This document shows positions 24,104-32,982 of a stretch of DNA of 32,982 bases, one piece after another. Where the stretch lies: positions 310,001-342,982 of the forward strand of contig CAJNYD010000014.1 of assembly GCA_905331295.1 (NCBI GenBank). Direction: 5' to 3'. The notes beneath the pieces were generated by a model. That model ran no database searches and was not told the origin of the DNA. It saw only the letters and a program-made list of their open reading frames with translations. The first letter of the stretch is position 1, and the number at the start of each line of letters is the position of its first letter. A program made the translations under genes and the position numbers. This stretch comes from Rotaria socialis (taxonomy: Eukaryota).

Positions 24104-25321
24104 ATGTTAATTCGACGTAAATTTTCTCAACTAAACCTTGATCGGCCGAAAGTAAATATGAACACCACTTCGTCAATCAGACTGATGTCACTTCGCTCGT
24201 TATTACAACAATCTATTGAAACTAAATTTATTTGGCTATTTCAAAGTAACACAAAATTATTGGATAGGATACAATGCTACGAATGGATTCCATACTCTGA
24301 TGAAATATTGTTATCCTTAGAAAATGCTTTCAAAAAAGGTGCTGACAAAATATTTATTGACGAAGTTCATCACATCGATTTTATTGAATTGTTAGAGTTA
24401 TCGATTAATGATCCAACACATCGACGGCCAGTTCGACGATGTCTCATGAATGAATCTTCAGAAATTGAAAGAAGATTAAACGTCGATTTTTTTCGTTGTG
24501 ACCGATTATCATTTCCTTTGCTTATGAATTTACAACAGAATACTTTTGTGGACACAGCTTATCATGGTTCAAAATTCGTTCGAGATTGGCTATTGAAATT
24601 TACAAATGGAAAACTGGAAGTGAAATATGATCATATCTTTCCTGCTCTTATCGAAGGCTTGATATTCGAAGGACGTAATGAACCTAGAACTACTGTCGAT
24701 GAAATTATACGTATGTTAAATTCAAGTAAAGATGAATCTTTGAAAGCGGATGAACATAAAAGAATGAAAAATCTACAAGATTGTTGTATCAAACTATATA
24801 CAAAACAATGTTTTCTCTTTCGATTAGTCAATACTGCATTACGAGATGATGATCGGACGAAACTTGATACACTCGGTCCTTATTGTTATCTTGTTTACAG
24901 TTGTATTGGTCGTCCTATGAGTAAGCAACGCCTTTTACAAAAATTGAATCGCAAGAAATCTAAAACAATGACTGTCTATCGTGGAGATTATGCTCCACGT
25001 AAAATGATTGAAGAATATCGACAAGCAGTGGGTCAAAAAGACAAATATTTTAAATGGTTGCCATTTGTTTCGACATCAATGGATCGCCTGGTTGCCGAAC
25101 TTTTTGCGTTAAATGTTTTCTATATCATTGCAATTAAAAGGTACTTATCCATGGATCAATACGCAGATCTGGAAAAAAATACATATTTTGAGAGTGAACA
25201 AGAAGTTATACTAAAGCCTGGAACACGATTCCAAGTGATCAGTATAGATGTTGATGATGTTTCTGGTCGACAAGTTGTGCATATAAAAATAATCCCATCA
25301 TATATATCCATTTTGCGATAA
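24104..25321 (+). CDS. WWE-domain plus R-S-E (ARTC/cholera-toxin-like) mono-ADP-ribosyltransferase, single exon
   Basis: WWE-like FIWLFQ..EWIPYSDEILLSLENAF..IDF..RRPVRR. ART motifs LYT..LVNTALR, TVYRG, FVSTS and ESEQEVIL. AATAAA near 25377. Confidence 0.88.
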   Translation: MLIRRKFSQLNLDRPKVNMNTTSSIRLMSLRSLLQQSIETKFIWLFQSNTKLLDRIQCYEWIPYSDEILLSLENAFKKGADKIFIDEVHHIDFIELLELSINDPTHRRPVRRCLMNESSEIERRLNVDFFRCDRLSFPLLMNLQQNTFVDTAYHGSKFVRDWLLKFTNGKLEVKYDHIFPALIEGLIFEGRNEPRTTVDEIIRMLNSSKDESLKADEHKRMKNLQDCCIKLYTKQCFLFRLVNTALRDDDRTKLDTLGPYCYLVYSCIGRPMSKQRLLQKLNRKKSKTMTVYRGDYAPRKMIEEYRQAVGQKDKYFKWLPFVSTSMDRLVAELFALNVFYIIAIKRYLSMDQYADLEKNTYFESEQEVILKPGTRFQVISIDVDDVSGRQVVHIKIIPSYISILR

Positions 25322-25480
25322 GAAGTTTTGTTATTGAATGCATGTACAATGTATTCGACATAGCTTTTTTATTTCGAATAAAAGTTTTGTGATTTGCAAT
25401 TCTGACAGACAGTCTTATAGAAGAAATAAGGAGTATATTTTGTATTGTGTTAATATTATCATTGCGAAACTATCTATTAT

Positions 25481-25535
25481 TGGGTGTGGGTGTGGATAAA
25501 GAAATCTAGAAACCTTCTGCGCACACCCACACCCA
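25481..25535. repeat. Telomere-like inverted-repeat hairpin E (perfect 14-bp stem)
   Basis: tgggtgtgggtgtg at 25481-25494 / cacacccacaccca at 25522-25535. Confidence 0.85.
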
Positions 25536-25574
25536 CATCTTTAAAATCCTATGTGCCGTTTTTATTGTAATGCA

Positions 25575-25628
25575 GAGCCCTGATGAGTGTTTCAATATAT
25601 TAATAAATAAACATGAAACGCGTGGGTT
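25575..25628 (+). ncRNA. Type I minimal hammerhead ribozyme motif of the Penelope-like-element kind, probably inactive
   Basis: agcc-CTGATGA(25580-25586)-gtgttt..aaacat-GAAA(25615-25618)-CGCGT-g-ggtt. Palindromic stem III ACGCGT. The cleavage-site base is G, which breaks the NUH rule. Confidence 0.7.
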
Positions 25629-25727
25629 AATTGAACTCTGCATTTATTTTTATCGAATTCCAGTACATAATCTAAACTAATTATTACGACTATGTTGATT
25701 ACTGAAAAGTAAAAGTTGAGATTAGCA

Positions 25728-25795
25728 GGGTGTAGGTGTGGGTATATTTATTATCCGCACTCACACCCTTTCCCCCTTTCCTCACACTCACACCC
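25728..25795. repeat. Telomere-like inverted-repeat hairpin F
   Basis: gggtgtaggtgtgggtatatttattatccgcactcacaccc..cacaccc; 25/28 identical to hairpin B over the spacer and right arm. Confidence 0.75.
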
Positions 25796-25849
25796 AACAT
25801 TGAAGACGTTTACACTTTCGACTTTGGATATTTTTATGAAATGCCTCGA

Positions 25850-26930
25850 AGAAGTAAAGGCTTTCACAAACTGTTTTCTGTACAATGCAACCACATCATT
25901 TCCCTGAGGACCAGGTGCTTTTCTAAGAACTTCTTCTGTTACGCAGTTGGTCAGTAGTTCAGCACCTAGAGGCAATGAATATTCAGATATTCACAGCGTC
26001 CACCTATTGCATTCGCAATCGTTTGAAAGTTAGCTGCTGCAGTAGCATGAAGGTAAAATGTATGTACAGGAATATTTTGGTCCTTTACTTTTCGCAGTTG
26101 TTCTTTATAATGCGTTGTTGTTTTATATTTAGTCTTATTCCAATATGCTTCACCACCGTTTGCTTGCCTATCGCTCTTTATTACAGGTTTTTCCTTTGCT
26201 GGAGCGTCTCCTAACAGAATAACTTGAGATATTCTATCTGATTCTCAGAGATGTCATAATATTCTAACACTGGGTATCGTCGACATACCAGTCACGATAT
26301 CCATTCAAGGGGATATCTAAAATGCATACTAAAATGAATACCCATGTTCCTCATAGCTGAGGGATTTGAGTGCATTTGGTGTAATGGGAATGGGTATCCA
26401 TTTATATATATATTCAGAGCTGAGGAATTTGAGTGCATTTGGTGTAACGAGAATGGGTATCCATTTTTANTCGTTACACCAAATGCACTCAAATTCCTCA
26501 GCTCTGAGGATACGTAGATGTCCATCCAACTGGGTATCCTATCTGGGTATTCATCTCGATACCCAAGTTGTGGATATTATGACATCCCTCCTGATTCTTC
26601 ATTCTGCTAAACAGCAGGCCACAACACAATGCCAATTGCTTCTTCATAATCACCTCCCCTGTAACTTTAATATTTTGCATGAAAGATCTCAAATTTCTAT
26701 CCTTACTTTCCCAAGAAGAACTCTGCAGAAGGTTCTCTTCTTTGCAATCATAGTCTCGGTAGATAACGAATTGCATTTGAAATGCATCACTGGGTATTTC
26801 GTTTTGTTAGAATATCAGCAGCACGTTTAAACATAGTACAAAGTGTTTCTTTCGCAGATGACAACAAGTGACCCATAGAACCAGTATCATCGATGAGTAA
26901 AACTGTGCGCGAACATCTTTTATTAATATT
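25850..26930 (-). pseudogene. VWA (MIDAS) domain gene fragment, frameshifted and interrupted by a hAT MITE
   Basis: SRTVLLIDDTGSMGHLL..AFQMQFVIYRDYD..YEEAIGIVL..[MITE]..ISQVILLGDAPA..IPVHTFYL..FQTIANAIGGRCEYL, with several frameshifts. Confidence 0.8.
26246..26590. mobile_element. hAT-type MITE with internal repeats, inserted in the VWA pseudogene
   Basis: TIRs cagagatgtcataatat / atattatgacatccctc; 8-bp TSD CTGATTCT at 26238-26245 and 26591-26598. Confidence 0.88.
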
Positions 26931-26933
26931 AGC

Positions 26934-26990
26934 GGGTGTGGGTGTGTATCAGTCTTGCTCTTAACTACAACCCACACCTACACCCACCCC
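26934..26990. repeat. Telomere-like inverted-repeat hairpin G
   Basis: gggtgtgggtgtgtatcagtcttgctcttaactacaacccacacctacaccc. Confidence 0.8.
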
Positions 26991-27073
26991 ATAAATTAAT
27001 TAAAAACTCGTTCCAAAATACTTGTGGGTGTGCATTCCTCAACCATGAAGCTCTATATTATCACGAGCTTGAT

Positions 27074-27143
27074 GGTGTGCGTGTGCGTGTACGTGTGTGT
27101 ATCAATCTTACTCTTAACTACAACCCACACTCACACGCCCACC
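27074..27143. repeat. Telomere-like inverted-repeat hairpin H
   Basis: 34/36 identical to hairpin G across the spacer; arms more degenerate. Confidence 0.7.
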
Positions 27144-27174
27144 TCATGCCTTCTCGGCTTGTTTTGGACGGCTG

Positions 27175-28264
27175 CCCAGTCAGACAAAAGTCTTCGAAAA
27201 ACGCGTTATAACACGTTAAAATGTCGCTAAAGCGGCGTTTTAACAGTGGCTCACCGCGAATACGCCGTTTTAATGAAATCTTAACGTGTCTTAATGCGTT
27301 ACACGCATAAATATTTAACGCTTTCATGTTGTAACGCGTTAAAACACGTTAAAATTTCATAAAAACGGCGTATTTACGATTTCATGCGTTTTCTCATCTA
27401 CATCTCTTAATAGATTTTCTTACGACTCACATCCGAGCCCTCTCCAGATAAATATGTGCCTCTTTAACACATGCGCATATAAAGATTTTCAGAATTTGTG
27501 AACATTTTTTTTTAACTCTTGGAAATATATACGCTATAGAGTGCTAAAAAATTCAACCAAAAAGTTTTAAAATGTTTTTCAAATTCTTTTTAAAGAAATA
27601 TATTTCTAACATTAATTTTTCATAATTTATTCAAATATTAAAAAAATCTTGAGAAATATATTGAAAAAAAATTGTATCGTTTTTAAAAAAGTCCTTGAAA
27701 CTCCGAAAACTTTTTTAAATATTAAAAAAGAATTTTTATTTCCGAAGAAATAGTTTTTTAAATGAAAGATATTGCTATGTTTTTTGATGAAAACTAAAAA
27801 GGTAATAACAATTGTTCGTCTTAACTTTATACCACCTTCAGATTTGTATAAAATTTCGTTCGATTTAAATAGTATGTTTTACTTCAACTTGTTATTGTAC
27901 GATTGACCGAATGGATAACATCTCGGACTATCAACCTATACATCTCATGGTCGAATCAGGACCGCGCAATAAGTTCCAAAAACTTTAACTATAATCTGGT
28001 AGATAAACTACAAGAGAAAAACGTTATGAAATACATTATAAACTCAAACGGAAAAGAATTTTAAGGGTCTTACCTTTTTTTGATTCATCTTTTCTGAAAA
28101 TCTATTAACAGGTTAAAACGCGTTACACTTCTGAACGTTAAAAAATGCATTACTGTCTTAACGAAAAAAATATCCAAAAAAATGTGCGATTTTTCCGATT
28201 TATTATCCGTTCAAATTTTAACGTGTTTTAACACGTTTTTTTTAAAGGCGCTTGTCCGACCGGG
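27175..28264. mobile_element. Non-autonomous CCC...GGG DNA transposon (CMC/EnSpm-like, 2-bp TSD TG)
   Basis: Termini cccagtcagacaa / ttgtccgaccggg. Subterminal aacacgttaaaa repeats at both ends. TG on both flanks. AT-rich interior. Confidence 0.75.
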
Positions 28265-28617
28265 TGCGCTGCTCATCGACTGTTTATGTTATTTGTCCAT
28301 CGCTCCTTATCAATACGACAAATCGATCAATTCTGAATTCTAAATATATTTCACAATGCAAAAAAACTGATGTACGTATTTAGCTTTCACTAATAATAAA
28401 AATATTGAAAACGGTTAGAAGGATTTTATTTTCGAATTTTAATGCCGCACGACTTAGTGGATTTTTTAAAAACTATCAATCTTTCACTGCTCATGAAAAG
28501 AGAAGGCTCAAAAGAAATTTGCTTTTTGTTTTTATTCTTTTATAGATTGTATCGATTGGATTGTGCTTGATTTCGATTATTGATATGTGCTGCTACAAAT
28601 TTACTAAAATCGACATA

Positions 28618-29378
28618 TCCAGGTTAAACATTACGGTCCGTTTACGACTGTTTACGGTGAAAATACGACGTATTAACGACCTACACACGGCTCAAAATGC
28701 GGTGTCATATACGGTGTCGCATTACTGTTGTAATGGTTGTAACGATGAATAAGGCTCTGTTGAGTTTATATCGTATTGACAAACTGGATAGAGGTGGAGT
28801 AGCTTACAGCCACTCACGGCAATGATGTTTATTCGTTTATTCACATATCCAGAGTGTAACGACACAACTAGAGAGTGTCGCCTATGCCCGTCGACATGAT
28901 GGTATATTGTGTCATCTGACATCTCTAGAGTGTAACAACTTCATACATAACACACGTATATATAGGAGAGAGATAGAAGAGAGACAAGAGAGAGAGATAT
29001 TACACCAATGGAAAGAGAACAGAAGGAAGAGGAAGGAGAATCATCGAAGCGTGCAATCAATATCGGCACACCCTCCCACTCAGATCAGACGCGCTCCTGA
29101 GCGTCTTTACAATATCAGAAAAAAAACATTGCAATGAAACAATATCGTAACAGAATATAAAAAAATTGATAATTTTGAACATTATCACAATAAAAAGTCG
29201 GATACACACGACATCAATCATTGACACTATTACAATCGCTTGNGCGCTTTACGGTCGTTTTTGATCGTATTTAACCGTATTACGACACGGAGATTTACGA
29301 TCGTAATACGGAGCCATGTAATACGGCCAAATACGGCGATTTACCGTCGTATACGGACGTCGTAAAGCTCGTCCTGGG
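28618..29378. mobile_element. CCAGG...CCTGGG MITE carrying a nested insertion
   Basis: Termini tccagg / cctggg. tacgg/tacga-rich arms at ~28618-28720 and ~29245-29378 are split by unrelated sequence. Confidence 0.6.
28758..29152 (-). mobile_element. Solo-LTR-like insertion (~395 bp)
   Basis: TGTT...AACA ends. On the minus strand a CT-rich tract, TATATA, then two AATAAA. GAATA on both sides, with the left copy offset by 6 bp. Confidence 0.45.
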
Positions 29379-30229
29379 ATACATCATAACATTTATTTAC
29401 TGATCTTTACGTCTGCAAATAAATGAGCAAACAACGATATAAGTTAAAATATGATTATTTTCTTCTCGTGAAAAAAATACTTCAAAAACTTATCAGAAAT
29501 ATATAGATTTATTTTAGTTGACGGCACGTTTTTCAGAATAATATCTTGAGAATAGTATCATAATATTAAATTTATGAAACAATCCATCTAGCCCAAATAG
29601 TTTCTTTTTTCAAGGGTTTTAATAAGAACGTAGATAAAATTGGATTATTTATCTATCTAGTTAAAACAAACATCTTGTTCATGTTGCAATGTACCCATAA
29701 TTCACCATTGTAAAATTTTTGATTGAAAATTATTTCTATCGAAATTATCGAGATAGATTTTTGTTTTTTGAAAGACAAGTGAGCGAGACGTCATTAATAA
29801 GTATCTTATAACCAACGCGAAAGAATAGTATAGAATACTTAATTTCAATAAACTCTATTTTATTGAATAATCTTCTTCAATTAAGTAAGATCTTTGAGAT
29901 ATTCCAATGAAAATTTTAATAAGATAAAAATTGCTCAGTTTTATTTAGAAATTATCAGTCGAAAACTTGATGTTTGGTAACTCGTAGATTTTTCTAAGTT
30001 AACTGGTTGTTGAGTAAACATATAAACCATTGTGCTGTATAGTGTCTATCGATATCTCCTTCTGGATCTACTTTTTATACGTTATACAGTTGTTTGATAT
30101 TCTACAGTTAAGTAACAATCTTTTCTCTTTGCTCAAAGTTCAAAAAAAAGAGAAGATTCTCGGCTTCGTCTCATTGTTCACCCATCTTCTGCGAATTTCA
30201 ATACTAATGCTTCTTTGTTTTAAAAATAG

Positions 30230-30965
30230 ACTACCACCACCGTCTGTTGAAGATTCGAAAGTTGGTGAAAAAGGATTGCAGTATAGGCCATCAAAATTCC
30301 AAAAAGTATGACTCATTCAATAAATTTCTGTTACTAGTATTCAAAGTATTTGTACTGAAATAAGCTGATAAAAAACTAGACAAAAGAGAAAACCAGTGGC
30401 GTGAGTTTTTCTTAATTAATTACTGAGCCATTAAACTGGTGATAATCACACGGAGATGGTCTATACAATAGGGATTTTGTTTAGATGAATATTGAAGAAA
30501 TTCATACGAACGTTTTACTTGAATCCGGCGAAGAAAGTCGTGAATTGCATTCCCCCTGGACCCTTCATTTCCGTCCATTCATCTTTATTCCGGGTTGGAT
30601 TGCCTACTTTGTGCTCTTCATGGTCTTGTTAAAAAGTATCATTGATTTTATTGTATGTAAATAATATTTGTCATGCATAGCATAAGTTATATTTCAAACG
30701 ATTTATAGAATACAACAGCTGGTTCAACACGAATACTGGGTTATGTTATATTTGTTATAGCCTTATTTGCGGTGCCATTACTAATTAAACGTGGCGTCGA
30801 GTACTTAATAGATATGAAGGCAAGTCAATTTTTGTAGAAAAATAATTCATTTTGTATATTATTTAGTAAAGAGGATGATATTTTCCGATACTTAAATTCT
30901 CATTGCTATTTCTCTATAGATTTCAGGAAAAATCTTTATAGTTTATTACGATGAATTTATATTTG
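30230..30965 (+). CDS. Possible small multi-exon membrane protein or pseudogene, family unknown
   Basis: Exon-like blocks bounded by splice-like signals: MNIEEIHTNVLLESGEESRELHSPWTLHFRPFIFIPGWIAYFVLFMVLLK and NTTAGSTRILGYVIFVIALFAVPLLIKRGVEYLIDMK (two hydrophobic segments). Phases were not fully resolved. Confidence 0.35.
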
Positions 30966-32982
30966 TTTCGGATGAGAATCTACTATTCGTTTCATTTCTT
31001 TTCTAGACGATCTACTGCATTTACAATAGATGTTCAAAGTCAACAGATAGACAATCTGAAAATTCACCTCTTTTATATAGTATTAAATTTTATCTTCAAA
31101 AACTTAATTATTTGTGTTGTTTCAAAGTCAAATATGAATACAAGCCAAATGAAAATATTTTTCCTGTGGTTAGCATCGTTTAAAAGGCGTTTGGTTTTTC
31201 TTGTATATACGTACATATATTGTTTGTTTTGTCTCATGAATTAATGTACATTGTTTTAGTACGTAATCTTGATGTTGTCATTTTGTTTTACTAGTTAATT
31301 CAATAATAAACTATCTATTATACACGAAATGACCCTTGTTTTATTTGTTCTGCTGATTAAATGATTATTAAAAAAACTTTGTTTTATATTTATCGCAAAA
31401 AGATATTTATGGGAAGAAAGACGAAAGTAAATTTATTTGAATACATCTACAAATAATAAATTTTCTAAACTGCTAATTCTCATCAATATTGTTTATTCAA
31501 GTGTCATAGACTATTTTTCACTCTAATGATTCTATTACATTAGAAAAAATCGAATAGATTTGACCTACTAATTTAGCTATGCATCGAGATTATCATTCAG
31601 ATAATATTTGAATCAGATTTTTTTCATTTAACAAAAATACTGATAGAGAATTCGACTAAATTGTAAAACTCATACGTACGCTTTAGACTTACTAAGCTAA
31701 TACAAAATAGCTCAAGTAAAGATTCTACCTTATTTTTCAAGATCTATAATTAGGGCATTAGCTGTTTGCTTATCTCAGTACTGAGGGTTAGTTGTTCGCT
31801 GATATCTCTAACGGTAGTTGCTTCTCTCGTATAGTCTGAAATGATACGAAGGAAGAAATAGCAGTCTAATGAGCACAATTATGAACTCATTAATGTTTGT
31901 AATGAGGAGAGGAGCCGCAAAAATTCGCACTTTTAAACTTACACTCATCATTTTCATCGAGAATATATGTGACTTTCACAAAATAATTTCGAAGCTATTG
32001 AGAGTGATTTCAAAAATGGTGACCATGTGAAAAAGTTTATTTGAATATATTTTTCACGGGAATATATCTATCTACACCGTTTCTTATATAATCGACATTC
32101 TTTTTCGCAAGGACGGCGCTCGATATTTTTCTATCATACCGAAAATAAATCAGACATTCATTGAGCCGCTCAATACTTCAAGACAGGTTGAACAAAATCA
32201 ATCAAATGAAGCAACATTACAAAACAAGAATAAATCATTTAGTTCACTTCATTTGAAATCTAGATAGTTTCTTTTTTTTAAATTAATCAAGATTGACACT
32301 CTCAAAGAAAATAAAAACACTATTTGGAGCCTAAAAATATCAGTCGAAAAGAATATAATTTAGCTTAAGAGTAAGATCTCCGAACTGAATGACGTTTTGA
32401 TGTGTTACAAAGGCCGTTGAGTCATTTTCTCCCTGAAATATTCAGCTTTATTCGATAAGTTTTGATGTTGAAATTACTGATTGTGGGTCTTGGTCGCACT
32501 CAACTCAACTCGTTGCTTCATATAAAAAATCTGAATTCTAAACTCATCTCGAACATTAGATTGTACGTCTTCTTTTCAATGAATAGTATTGAAATAGGTC
32601 AACGCTCAATGTGAAGTTTAGAAAGAAATCTGTTCATGCATTGTTGTAGTTAGGGATATATTATTTGTCTTTCATCAGTGAAAAACCGATGCTAGTCATC
32701 ATTTTATGAAACATTTGTATTAGATTCAATTGAAAGTGATCGCTTTCATCTGAAAAACTAGCATGTCAATTAGTTCATTAAAATATGTATTTCGTTGCTA
32801 TCTAACACACTAACAACTAATTATTCATTTATGCATTGATACTAATTGATTTTCACCACGTCTTAGCTCCATCTTCATCCATATGTGTGTATAAACTATT
32901 ACTATTTATTCGATTTATAATTGCGAACTTGAATATGTGTTCTACATGGCTGGTGGGAGAGAAATGATTTATAAAAGTAGAA

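Noticed and set aside
26414..26506. Perfect 36-bp palindrome arms inside the MITE
   Set aside because: The right arm starts immediately after an N at 26470, so it may be a scaffolding artefact of internal MITE repeats.

Overview
AT-rich eukaryotic scaffold with short introns (mostly about 50-80 nt). It is most likely a bdelloid rotifer, inferred from intron size, a fungal-type MFS gene with spliceosomal introns, an R-S-E ADP-ribosyltransferase and TGTGGG repeats. Apparently intact genes: an EVI1/hamlet/egl-43 zinc-finger factor (-), the 3' end of a gene with one 28-aa LRR per exon (+), an 8-exon allantoate/nicotinate-type MFS transporter (+) and a single-exon WWE-ART gene (+). The rest is a patchwork of decayed gene fragments, several with introns (XPO1, ZDHHC5/8, an HExxH metalloprotease-like gene, an F-box/LRR-family tail, a hexosaminidase-like 5' end, a VWA gene), plus about a dozen MITEs with readable TSDs. 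The most unusual signal is eight short hairpins made of inverted telomere-like repeats, (GGGTGT)n-spacer-(ACACCC)n. They fall into spacer subfamilies, several sit where gene fragments break off, and one is followed by a Penelope-type hammerhead ribozyme motif. All family calls come from motif recognition by eye; no searches were run.
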